In this document: one piece after another, positions 14,001 to 27,048 of the stretch
How the letters are laid out: each line of letters opens with the position of its first letter
Position numbering within the stretch: the first letter of the stretch is position 1
Assembly (NCBI RefSeq): GCF_009914755.1
Contig: NC_060926.1
Reading direction: 5' to 3' (one strand)
Origin: the human T2T-CHM13v2.0 reference genome, Homo sapiens
DNA length: 64,000 bases
Position numbers and translations under genes: made by a program
The notes under the pieces: generated by a model
Seen by the model: only the letters and a program-made list of their open reading frames with translations
Databases searched by the model: none
Told to the model about the DNA's origin: nothing

Positions 14001-15846
14001 AAACATTAACTGAGGCAAGAACCAGATGAACACATTGTCTGACGGAACTGCCAAACCTCCTCTTTCGATTTGTTGGGGAAAATAAAAATGGAGGGGAGAA
14101 AAAGAAAGATACAATTTCAGAAGAGAGAGACAGGTCATAATCAATCATAAGCTTTCTTGGAGAACTGAGCCTTTGCCATTAGTACCTGGTGGCTATTGGG
14201 CCACTATGGCTTCCCCACCTTAGATCAACACACTTGAGCCCCTCACCACCTCCTAAACACCTTTCTCCACTCCCCAACCACTAGGTTTCATTTAAAACTG
14301 ACAGTGCAACATGCCCACATTTTTTTTGGTAAGTTCAAATGAAAAAAAAATGTATCTTAAGTCATGCTTGCTATGCAGAATATTTTTCAAATCTCTTACT
14401 ATGCTTTCATTTTCTGAAATTTCTCTGATGATGAGTACTAAAGATAAAATGTAAATAATTCTAGAGATGGAACAAGCCAAGTGCTATCCATAGCCCTAGA
14501 TGTAATGCTCCTGTAAGGAATTATAATGGACATGGTAAAACCTTTAAAACAAATTAAATGTTCAACTTCAGCCTCCATGGTAAAGACAAAAAAGCCAAAT
14601 ATTTACGCTTGGAATTTTGATCTCTGGTTAAAAAGGAAATATAGAACAAACAAACAAAAACCAAAAAGTTAACGTATCACTATATGAGGCTTGGCCTTGT
14701 GTCTCCTGTTAGATAAGAGATGAAGCAACACTCTTTGGCGACATATGGTGAGTCATTTAAGTGTATTATGCAGATTTGGAGTAGAGATATTAAACAGCAT
14801 TTTCAAAAGAATAATACAAGGACTATGACTGAAGAACCATTGACAAAACACAAAAGCACAGCTTGAAATGTGAAGACTCAGCATCATCTTAAAGAAATAA
14901 ATACTTCTATATTCTTCAATTGAGCTACTCAATAGTTGTGAGAACAAAGAAAATCCTGGAGGTAAAAATCCATGCAATAATTCTGGCTGGTCCTCTTTGC
15001 AGAGGTACTCAGGTGTGTGATCTGGTAGATGGCCTGCTATAAGTTTAATAGCAGGGTTATAGATTTAAAAATATATTTAAAAGATAGTTCACATTTAATT
15101 TTATTTCTGGTGAGATTAATGTGTTACAAAGTTAGATTAATTAAAATGCTCTGGGAAATAATTTTCTTGGTGAATCGATCTTTATAATTCATTTACTTAC
15201 AATGTTTACATAGAAATCTTTATAAAACCAAAGAAGATTCAGTAAAAAGCACCCATAAATTGATTTCATGGGAAAAAAATAACGAGATTAAATTATCAGT
15301 GTTTTTCTGCCTAAATTACAGCATAAGGATGTGAATGTATTAGGCACATTGTAATTGGCCCAATCCTGGCTGCTCTTCTCTTCCTACTTCAAAGTATAAA
15401 GAAAGCACTAGAAGAGGCAGGCAAAACCCAGCTCCCATGGAAGGCACTAGCTGTACATATTATTTCAGAGAAGCAAAGCAAGGTTGATGCAATCCACACA
15501 AAAAGAGAGATCTGAGTAACTCCAGATTAATTAATCACAGCAGGAGGAAGCTGAGTTGCCAGAAATGTTACTAAGTTGCCCCCTACAGAATGGATCAAGA
15601 GTGACTCCCTTCCTTAGGAATGAAATGGAGACATGATTCCAAACACCACACTTTGGATTTATAATCAATAATTCTATTGTCATATCATTTACAATAAGTG
15701 TGTTTATTAAGCTGGCATTGACAGGGCACTCAATTTATTATCTCTGAACTGTTTGAAGTTACATATACACTACCAGCATGTATTTATATATGGCGAATCC
15801 ATCTGCAGCTTCTCTTTTTCTGGTAGGAAGAGTTCACACAGCTTAC

Positions 15847-15954
15847 CAAGGAGGGCCTGACCAGATCATAAATCAAGGTGAAGCAATTTCTGATAACTGA
15901 ATATGAGTTTCCTCTAAAGCTTTTTATGTGACGAAAAGCTGAGAAGCTCTGTGA
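15847..15954 (-). other. Candidate exon (108 nt)
   Basis: gtttttctttgtgctag| ... TTG|gtaagc; frame 1 open (SQSFSAFRHIKSFRGNSYSVIRNCFTLIYDLVRPSL). Confidence 0.3.
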
Positions 15955-17724
15955 CTAGCACAAAGAAAAACTCATCACATTTTTTTTTCCCAATAACTGC
16001 TGGCCTCTTTGTTCTAGAATAATCTGTAGGCTTTTCTTGGCATTTTAACTCACATTTGCCCTTATACCCAGGGAGGCCTCTGCAGCTTAACTTTCTCTCT
16101 AGTCATTGCTCTCTTCATATCCAATATTAGCTGAGCAAAGTGAGTTACTACCAACTTTTGACTCTTCCTGGCCAAGATGTTTTCAGTTTGTTCAAAAGTA
16201 GAAAAACTTAAGATATTTAACTGATATATTTGTGGGGAAAACTTGTAACATTTGAGAGCTAGGAAAAAACCGTTAACATCTGCCATACTACAGACTAAAG
16301 GAATGGAGACTAGAAAGATCTAGTGAACCCCTTGCTCCTTCAGGAACTGTCCATGGTGCTGCAACCCTCCAAAACATCGTTTCTTAGCAGTTGTTGCCAC
16401 ACAAATCAGACCCAACCTCAGCGACTCACTAGTCAAGATTGCTATTTGACTTCTCTCCTCACAGAGGTGCTGAGGAAAAGGAGAAAGGAGAAAATTCTGA
16501 CATGATCAAAAAATGGTCGAACTCACACCATCTTTGTCTTGGCATGGGTTGTCATCACCAGCTATAAAACTATAAATAAAATGTCATCAGGGAACAAAAC
16601 TGTATATAAACAAATTTGCAATGTTCTATCAAGTTAGAGTGCAAAGCACTGCCTCTCAGAAACAACACTGATTATAACTGGAAGGTGGATCTTTAAGTAT
16701 ACTGATAGTTTAAGTGCAGTGTTTGTTTCATTATGGTTTGTGTAGGAGAAGAAATCTTCCTAAAAGGGTCTGCTAACAATACAAAAATCACATACGTGCC
16801 AGAAAGAATGCTGAACTGAAAACCCAGTTTTCCTCTAAGCAGATAATGCCATGTTCACATGATTATACAACTGAAAAAAAAAACAGATTAAGAAAAAGTG
16901 TTAAAGAGCTTTCTTGTACTGCAGCAAAAGCATTTCAAAGAGAAGATAAACTTACAGAGCTATTACAAATGTTGTAAAAAGCCTAAGGAAGCCTGGTAAA
17001 TAAGAAAGTTTTAAATTACTGCTCATATAAAAATAAATGTTACTGTCCATCGTTGCTCTGGGTGGGGATACGCTTGGCATAAGGAATACTTAAGACAATG
17101 GAAAGAAAAAAGGCAGTGACTGTGATTCTAATCCAAACACCATATTGTTCGCAATAGACAGTTAATTTGCCATCTAATCTCTCTCTCTGAGCATAGCCCC
17201 TTAGTAACCACATTCATATAATTTGTTTTTTCATTTAAAATTCCACTGGAACTTAAAAGTTTATTAAAGTGAATGGACTACTCCATCTGAGATGTAACTG
17301 AGGATATATTAGCAGAAGCAGGCTCCTTAGCATCTGATTAAAATCTCAGTGTTCTAAGCTTTGGAAGTAATACTTTTTCCAAGCAGCAACAAACTGGATA
17401 AAAATTATCAGACCCATGAACAGAGTCATTTAGCCTCATTCTCTTGTTTTAAAGTGTTGATTGCCTGTAAGTTAGTAGAATAATCTCCTCTCCTCTCTAG
17501 CCACCAGAGTAAGCAAAAAGGAAACATCTCATAAGTCCACAGCCTGACAACAGCCATAGTTCTAATGGCTCTTTGAATAAGGAATACTTCCACATTAGAA
17601 GGAAAAACGACGACAACTATGATTCTAAAAATGGAAAGCACACACACAAAAATTAAAAGCTCAAATGGTAAAAACAGCTGCGCAACAGCCATTTCTATAG
17701 TTTTCCTCTTCAATAAAAATTGTT

Positions 17725-18021
<297 letters not shown>

Positions 18022-19405
18022 TCATTAAGTTAGTTTACACCCTCAGGGATAAAGAAGTGTGATTCAGAGAAAGGGTGGCATGGTTCACACTCTACCAGCA
18101 GGCAAGAGGACCCCTATCTCAGTGCACTATATGGTCCCAATGACTATGGCCACGTCACTGAGAGATCAGCCTCCTCAAAGCGGTAGTAGAGTCTTGTCTG
18201 GCATTTTACTTGTACTCTGACAACAATGTGAGATCACATATGATATAACGAATATTTGGTAGAAAACTGTTGACACCAGTGCAATATATAGTTCATGTAG
18301 CTATTACAGTTTGATTCATTCTCCATTCATCTTAATGGGAACTGCTAATTCTATTCATCACTAATGACACAGGTTCAAGCAAAATCTAAGGAAGGAGTGT
18401 GTGAGTGTATGTGTGAATGTGCATATACTTGTGTATACATGCTCATGTATGTATGTATTTCCCTCATATGCCTCATTAAGATAATTACAACTGAAGGAAG
18501 CATAATTGATGGCTAGAAAATTTAGCAGGAATAACACAAGGGAAATCTGGAGGTTTAGTACATCAATATGGTGAAAGACAAATTAAAGGCTTAATTACCA
18601 AACTGTAGAAGCTATTTAAAAATTATGATTCATGTTAGAACTCACAATTGAGCCAGCCTTGTCATCATCTTTCTCTTTGTTTTCAATAAGTGTTCCTTGT
18701 TCTTATCATCTAAAACCCGTCTTCTTTTTTACCCTTCAAATGCTTCTTACAATTCTATAATTAAATTCAAATCCATCACAAATTCTCTGGATAAGTCAGA
18801 ATCTTAAGTTGGATTTTGCCAATTCAACTTATTAAAGAATAACAGCCCAAGTAGAGAAATTATATGTGTTTCAAAATCATTCATATCTACATGCATTCTT
18901 TCTCTCCCTTCCTTCTTCTATTTTTTCCTTTCCTTCTCTCTCACAGAAGAAAAACATTGTAAACATGGGATGCTGAGTGCCATATGTTCCATTACACAGA
19001 ATAAAAGCAAACTCGTTTCCCATACAATGAATAGGAAATGTACACCCCCTAGCATACCAAGTCCTACTTTATATTTATTTTGGTCTCAGAAACGTTAGAA
19101 TAGCCAGTCTGCAAAAATTTTTGCAATGGTTATGTGGGAAAAGTCAGTAGGGAAAGTCAGTAGGGAAAAGGAAATGTTAAAATCAAAGCTAACTTCTACC
19201 ACAAGTGACCTCTCCTTGGTATGATGTAGTCTAGTGGCATCTATATTTCCTCCAGAGCGATTATCTCAATTTAGGTGCAACAGTGGAAGTTTCTGTTTTA
19301 AACCATTTTTGGGTTAGCAGTTATAACATTCAAGTGGTTTCTTGAGACTCTGAGGGAATAGATAACCCAAATCTGAACAGGATGGAGGAAACTCAGTGCC
19401 ATTTT

Positions 19406-19550
19406 ATTTTTATTTTTTATTTTTTTATTTTTGGTAGAGACGGGGTTTCACCATGTTAGCCAGGATGGTCTCGATCTCCTGACTTCATGATCCTCCCGCC
19501 TCAGCCTCTCAAAGTGCTGGGATTACAGGCATGAGCCACCGTGCCCGGCC
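19406..19550 (-). mobile_element. Left-monomer-only Alu (AluY/Sc-type left arm) with TSD
   Basis: Left arm plus A-rich tail only; flanked by ctcagtgccatttt / ctgagtgccatttt. Confidence 0.88.
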
Positions 19551-20153
19551 CTGAGTGCCATTTTTATAGGTACTGTTCAATAAGGTCTTCAGGATGCAAC
19601 ATCATCATATTGTTATAAGTGTTATTCTGAAATGTTGTGGTGTCTCACATAAGCTCCAGTTCTATATTTTCAAAAGCTTATAAGATTTTCCAACTAAGAT
19701 ATTCTAATGCTACTTAAATTTATGTTTTAAAAAAGAAAATACCATTTTTCAATCTGCCTCCAAGAAAATAGGCAACTAAAATTAGGAAAGGGTAAAAGGA
19801 ATCCATGATCATGAGAATGGGAATGGATACAATTGCTTAGGTTTTAGAGCTGGCCTATGCAGTAGTCACTAGAAGCACAACACACAGTGTGGCTGGCAAC
19901 TCTGGCTTGGTTCAGGAGAGGCTGATGTCTGAGGAAATCCAATATGGTGGATAGGAGGTCCAAGCACCAGGGGATACTCCAAGTCAAGTGGGAAATGATC
20001 TACTCATTCAAAATAGACTGTCTTCCAGCCTCTGGGAATGTAGGGAAAAGTTTTAGCCACAGCATAGCATGATCAGGGTTAGGTAGGTTGCAAGGACCTG
20101 AGAAGGCAAGCTGCATTAGAGAACATCATTTTGGATTTTGTTCATTGAGGAGC

Positions 20154-20535
20154 TGTTGCAGACTGTTTCCCTGGGAAACAAACTCTGAGACAGAGATTAA
20201 CATGCAGGGAATTTATTGCAAGGGATGAGGGGAATGCTCTTGAAATTAACAATAGAATTGGGTAGCAGGAGCTCTGGATCCAGAACAGCTCTGCAGAAGT
20301 GTCCTCAATTGGGATAATACAACCAGAACTTTATTCCCCTCATGAATTATCGATTAGATATAGGCTGACCCTAATAAGAGTCATGAACTTGGACAAGAGT
20401 GTCTCTTCACCTGATGGCAAAACCCAGAGAGAGGTAGCTATCTTCCACCCATATTCCCAGCAGAGAAAGGCAAGGAGTCCTGAAGGGGAGAGGTCTGATG
20501 GCACATCCACTCTAGTAGTAGATGCATCTACTACA
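20154..20535 (-). mobile_element. ERVL LTR16-family solo LTR
   Basis: ttccctgggaaacaaactctgagacagagatt...tttattg; ends gcatctactaca (TG...CA termini). Confidence 0.65.
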
Positions 20536-21553
20536 GATGCTCATAAAATAACTTAGATAGAAGCTTAATGCTGATGGTGGGGCTTAGGGCATACCTGAAC
20601 CTTTGTGGGCACACAAGTGCCCAGGGCTCACTCAGATGTACAAGATCCCAAGGCTCTAATACCAACAGGACAGAGCTGCAAATGTCCTCCCAGCTTCCCC
20701 TCAGAGCAAGTCTCAGAAATGGCCATGTGAAATTACACATCCTGTGGCCTTTGGATGATCAGCTGTTTCATATGGTCTGTATTTCTCTAGTCAAAAGAAT
20801 AGTAGTAAGATGGACATGGCCTGAATATACTGGCAGAGACATGAACAAAGGAAGCAGAAGGCAATGGGCAACACACTTGTGCTCAATTTCAGGACCCAAA
20901 ACTACACTGAGCAAGGGGCTCCTTCTAGACATTGTTCCACAGAGAGGCTCCCTGACCCCTGTTCAAGCTGTTAGAGGGACTCGACCTCTGGGTCTGAAAC
21001 ATAAAAAACCAAAGTAGGAAAAGGGAAAATCATTCACTGAGGCATCACTGAACTCCTTTCAAGTCACTGCTGTCTGGGTAAGGCTAGAAACAGTGGCCAC
21101 ACTGAATCTGCACCATAACTTACGGTTGGCTGACTTTTTGCTAATTTGTCTATTACCCCAAGATGTTTGGCACTAACTTCTTGCATTGTTAAATATTTCA
21201 GAATATATATAGCCAGGAAAGATTCATTCTTTAGGGTTCAACTAAGAGATTTGTAACTAGCAAAATGATGAACCATGAATCAAGCTAAAGAGCCAGTTAG
21301 GGACAAATATAAATGTGAAACAAGGCAATCTTCAAACATTAAAATTTCAAGTTTAAAACCAGGAATTTATGATTCTGGATTATAGCTTTTCTTTGCTTAC
21401 TCAATTGGATAATGAATGTAAACTGTGACGTTATGGTGCAAAACTGTAACCCAAGGAGTGAGCGATCCAGTACTGACTTGAGGAACCAATATTACACTGT
21501 GAGATATTCACGGTTCAATGGAGAGATGGAAAATTAGATGCCTTAAGGTCTTT

Positions 21554-21664
21554 CTTCCAGCCTAAATAGAAAATAACGTACAAATGTAAAGCACTGGAAA
21601 ATAAAATCCCTTCCAGCCCAAATAGAAAATAACATATACATGTAAAACACTGGAAAATAAAAAT
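21554..21664. repeat. Two-copy 56-bp tandem duplication
   Basis: cttccagcc(t/c)aaatagaaaataac...tgtaaa(g/a)cactggaaaataaaa starts at 21554 and 21610. Confidence 0.9.
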
Positions 21665-23631
21665 TTTCTGTTGTTGTTATTTTATTATCTTTCTAAGCCC
21701 CTTTCCTAACTCTTTTCCTTCTTTGAAGTATCTTGAACTCCTTTTGGACACTAAATCTTCTTTGTCTGTTCCCCAGCCAGAGATCCCTACTAAAAGAGAT
21801 AGCATGCTAAACTGTAGGCAATTTACATGTTCCGGACTTTCCCCTCTCATTTTTCATTCCCTCAAGGACTTCCTCTCTGTTAGGCAATTGAAATTACAAA
21901 AATTAGGCATTAATAGCCATTGTTGCTTAATGGGTTACCCATCCCCAGTATAGACAGATGCTGAAGTTTTATTCCCCAGCCTTTTAGTTCCTATCATTGT
22001 ATCAAATAAGACTAGATGACGGTATCTCCGTAAAGCCTTCAATTTCCTCCCTGGCCCCATTAGATGCTCTGTTTGGGTTAAATGAGAACAGCTTGCAAGG
22101 TAGTTGTTTGAACACGACTGCATTAATCAGGGTAGAAAAAAACATGTAGCTGATTTACAGAAAGCATTAGATTAACAATTTAGAGTAATGTGAGGAAAAA
22201 ACCTCAGTGCCTTATAATTATAGATAATATTTATAAATTTCATTGATTTATTAAAAATATATATATATACACACACACAAAACATTCAGATTCTAGTATT
22301 TGCTATCCAATAGGTACCTTTATTTTATATTCCAAAATGAAAATTTATGGTGGAAATTTCAACTAAAGTAGGTATTTAGGCATACTTGGATAGACGAACT
22401 TTGAAAATGCCATTAATATCACTTACATATATGGTGGTAATCAAAACTAAAGCTGAACTAACTTGGCAAACTCTGGAACTGATATTCATGTATGGAGTTT
22501 GTCAATGAGTAGGAAAAATGTATCATTTCAGTGTGAGTTTATGACTTCCTTTTTGTAAAAGGTGGTATGGGAACATTGTCTCCTTACTTAATGAAAAATA
22601 GTATTAGAATACACAAGACTGTCAGGATAATTACCCAGTAAGGATAATAACTGGAAACTAAAGACAAAGAGTAAATTAAAAAATGGGATGATATGGCTAA
22701 TAAGATATGCCCTGCCCAACAGCCCATCAGACTCTTCTCACCCCAACTCCTGACAAATTTTCACATAGCTTTGGTTGCCAGGAGCCTCAATACCTGCTCC
22801 CCAGAAGGTGCCTGTGTGTCAATCTCTCTGTACTCAAGGGGGCATGCAGATGTTTCCTGTATCATATCTCTAGGATATCTAAGGACCGACTCCTTAGTTC
22901 TCATTTCCTAGGGAGGTCAAGTCTCTTACCAGAATCCTTTGGGGCTGGCAATGTTCATCACCCCATCCTCAGCCCTCTAACTTCAGAGGACAGCTGACTT
23001 CTTAAAGGAATGAAGAGATCTTTTTCAAGTCACTGCTACTTGAGGCCTCAGCAACCAAGAAGTTATACACTCCTCCCACCCCCACAAATTCACATACATG
23101 CAGATAGTAGGGTAGACTATACAGGTGTGTGAGTGTGTGTGTATGTGTGTGTGTATCCTCCTATATAGAGGCAGAAGATTTCATAAAATATATACATGAG
23201 ATATACATACATGATTTTATGTATAAATACATATAGTACACGCATATAACATTTTACATATATATCTCATTTTAAAACATCTTGCTTTTGTAAAAATTGT
23301 GTGAGTATCCGATCACAGGAATACCTTTCTAATCTTAATAATTTAGTGGTTTAAATGTACATGAAAGGTCATCCTAGCTCATTATAATTCTAGAAGAGTC
23401 AATCATATATCCATCAATTACTTTGGAGCAAACTAATGGAATAGTTTTAAGCATAATAAAGACAAAAGGTGACACTAAAGAAGCAAAAATAAGTCTGTTA
23501 ATTTCCAGGAAGCTTCAACTATAGACCAATCACATTCACAGGGAACAACAGAAAAGTAAAGCTGAGCTGCAGAAAAAGTCTGCACTACCAGGGTAAAATA
23601 GAAACAGGAAGATTAAGACCAAGAAAACTTA

Positions 23632-23898
<267 letters not shown>

Positions 23899-24224
23899 CT
23901 ATAGCAGAAACTGTCAGTCTTTATATTATTCTTGCTAGTCAAATTCCACTTTCTAAAAGCCAGAGAAAATTCATGCAGCTGGGTAGTCCTACAGATTTCT
24001 GAGATTCTCTGAGTATAGAGCCATGCAGGTTCTCCTATTCTTTCCGAGCGTCTATATTCCTAAGTAGAAAATAGAATTTAAGCCTCTTTCCAACAATCTT
24101 AAAGATACACTAGTTTTGAAATTCAGCAAAAAAATCAGTACATTTCAGGGTACCATATGCTTTGAAAGGGAGAGGAAGGCAGAGAATTAACATTTCCCAA
24201 GAGCCTACTGTAATAAAGACAGAA

Positions 24225-24390
24225 AGGCACATTGGATAAAAGCATAGACTAGGAGCCAACCTACCTGTTTCAGATCCCACCTCTGCCATTCACAAGCTCT
24301 GCCATAGTGTATTGAGTGTATTAAATGAACTCATAATATTGAAGAGAAAAGGAAGTACTCATTATGAATTAGCTGTTGTTTTTGTTACTC
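24225..24390 (+). mobile_element. MIR relic
   Basis: aaagcatagactaggagcc...cagatcccacctctgccatt. Confidence 0.55.
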
Positions 24391-24467
24391 TGTGCTGGGC
24401 CCATTCTTACAAGATGCATGGTCTCTCCTGCCTCAGATATGTGCCATGCTGTTTCATTTATCCAGGC

Positions 24468-24698
24468 TTTTTTTTTTTTCTTTTTTTGAGACTGAGTTTC
24501 ACTCTTGTTGCCCAGGCTGGAGTGCAATGGCATGATCTCGGCTCACTACAACCTCTGCCTCCTCTGTTCAAGCAATTCTCCTGCCTCAGCCTTCATGAGA
24601 AGCTGGGATTACAGCTGTGCACCATCACACCCAGCTAATTATTGTATTTTTAGTAGAGATGGGGTTTCACCATGTTGGCCAGGATGGTCTTGAACTCC
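24468..24698 (-). mobile_element. 5'-truncated AluS (Sp/Sq-like)
   Basis: Poly-T, gagtttcactcttgttgcccagg, tgcaatggc; TSD tccaggct. Confidence 0.9.
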
Positions 24699-26124
24699 AG
24701 GCTCTTCTAACTCTCCTGATCCTTTCCCTCTCTGCCCTCCCTTCATTTCCTCCAACATCTCACCTTTTCCAGGGAGCACTGCTGTGCCTCTCCAGACTGG
24801 AACAGGTGCCAGCCCTCCACCATAACAATATTTCACTGTGTCCTCCCACTATGTCCCTGAGTGCAGACAATTTAAGAGCACCCACCCCACTCCCCGATCG
24901 TCTATCTTAGAGCCAGGTACTTACAAGGACTCTATATGTACCAAAGTCGTGAGTTCTTCAAGAGTCCCAACTGTTATTTTCTTAATTATTGTATAACACA
25001 TGCCATTTTTAATTCCCTGGCTAACATTCAGTAAGCAACTGTGTGCCAGGACTGTTCTAGGAAATGAGATACGATACCACATAAACAATGTCTCTGCCTA
25101 CATGTTGCTTATAGTTTGAAACATTCCAATCAAAAATTTTTGCTTGTGAACAAAAATTAAGTATGTTTCAAAAATTGAACCAAGTCACGTTTGAGAAACA
25201 TTACACATACGGTATTTTAATAATTATTATAAAATATGACTGTAGGAATAGGAAAGGAAGCCTCAAAACACTTATTTAAAAACCCACCATGGCTCCGAAT
25301 TCTAAAGAAATGGAGTAAGCACACTCCCTTGCACTAACTACAACAAAAAAACTCCTGAACAAAATACATATAGCAACTATTTGAGAACTCTAAAAATAAT
25401 AACAATAGGTAACTTGGGGAGGGTCAGACCTCAAAGAATGACTCATAAAGCAGTCATTTTTGTGCTTGTTTCTTGTAAATTTCCTGGTTTATATTGAGGA
25501 CAGCCTTGATTTTCAAACTGTGGAACAGACACAAACAGAAAATCAAGGAAATCCAATACTTTTTGGCTAAAAGAAAACGGGGTGTCTGTAGGCTAGAGTA
25601 GACAGGGAAATCTTTTTTTTTTCTTTCTCCCTTTTTTTATTCTCCCTGCCACGTACTGAGTCAAGCAAGTCTCAGCAAGAACTGAAAAGTATGCAAGGAG
25701 TTGCAAAAAGAAAAAAACTAGAGAAAAAGATCCCTTAATCCTATATATCAAGTCCTTGGCTAACCCCTAAGGTACACATGTTTAGAAGTGACCTGAAGCT
25801 GCATAACAAGAGCTTTGAAAACATAACTAGAATGTAGACCATCGTGCAAGTCTCAGATAGTGCCAGGCTGGCACACATTCTGGGCCAGTCTGAACAGGAC
25901 CACAAAAGTTCTAAGAGCTAAGCCAACACTGGAACCACAGCTCACAGAAGGGAAGGTGAAACTCATGTTCTAAGCCTAACCCGGCTGGCTGATTGCTGAA
26001 AACAAAAAGAATCATCAATTAGAGGACTTTAACAGAACCCAAAGTCTCTCAATGAAAGACCCAGGATACAATCCAAAATTATTCAGCATACAACAAAATG
26101 AGGACATTTTCAACAGCTCTCGAG

Positions 26125-26573
26125 TGTGAAACTTGATCATCCATATTGGGTCGTTTTTGTCATTCTTAATTAAAACAGAGTCAAAAAACCAGAAGGGAAA
26201 AAAGCACCCAGGGCACATAACATTGCTCCAAAAATGTAATTCATTTCAGGACTGGTTGCTGAAAATGTCTGCTTTAACCTGAAACCAGTTGTATCTAATG
26301 GCTACTGAGGCAAATGGCTGCAACTTAAGACTAGTTTTACCTATCACTGGCACTCACCAATGAGAGCTCATGAGCTTCCCAAAACCTTACCAGTGCTGAT
26401 ATACTTTCTCAAAGAGCAATAGATAACATTTCTCATTTTTTCTGTGTGTAAAACCTCTAACCATATCTTTGTTCTTTGGACATACACCAAAGACTACTCA
26501 GTTTGTGTGTATTCCTTGAATTGCAATTCTTTCCTCCCAAAAAAATATTTGTCTCTATATTTTGACTTTGACA
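26125..26573 (+). mobile_element. ERVL solo LTR (LTR47-like)
   Basis: TG...CA termini; catattgggtc, gggcacataacattgctccaaaaatgtaattc, gaattgcaattct motifs. Confidence 0.7.
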
Positions 26574-26755
26574 AAGGAGAAAAAACAATGAACAGAAACA
26601 ATTCCTGAGATGATGCAGATGTTAGAGGCATTAGCCAAAGAATTGAAAGCAGCTTTTGTAATGATATTCCATGAAAAAAAAAACAAGAACTTTGAAATAA
26701 ATGAAAAAAAGCTTTAAGAGAAGAAATCATACCAAAAAACCGAAAATTTAATTAA

Positions 26756-27048
26756 TTTTTTTTTGAGACAGGGTCTCACTCTGTCACCCAGGCCAGAATA
26801 CAGTGGTGTAGTCATAGCTCACTGCAGCCTCGACCTCCTGAGGCTCAAATGATCCTCCCACCTCAGCCTCCTGAGTAGCTGGGACTACAGATGTGTGCCA
26901 ACCCTCCAGCTAGTTTTTTCATATTTTTTGTAGAGAAGGGATTTCACCATGTTGCCCAGGTTGCTCTCAAACTTCTGAGCTCAAGCAATCTGCCTGCCTC
27001 AGCCTCCCAAAGTGCAGGTATTACAGGTGTGAGCCACCATGCCTGACC
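26756..27048 (-). mobile_element. AluJ (Jb-like) inside L1M
   Basis: gagacagggtctcactctgtcacccagg, tagctcactgcagcctcgacctcctg. Confidence 0.9.

Noticed and set aside
15570-15592. CTCF-like motif ttgccccctacaga
   Set aside because: Only a partial match; cannot be supported without motif scoring or ChIP data.
19136-19170. Short duplication gggaaagtcagta
   Set aside because: Ordinary slippage-size duplication.
20568-21017. 149-aa ORF in apparently unique sequence
   Set aside because: No recognisable domain, random-like composition and no splice or promoter context; a chance ORF is plausible in 64 kb over six frames.
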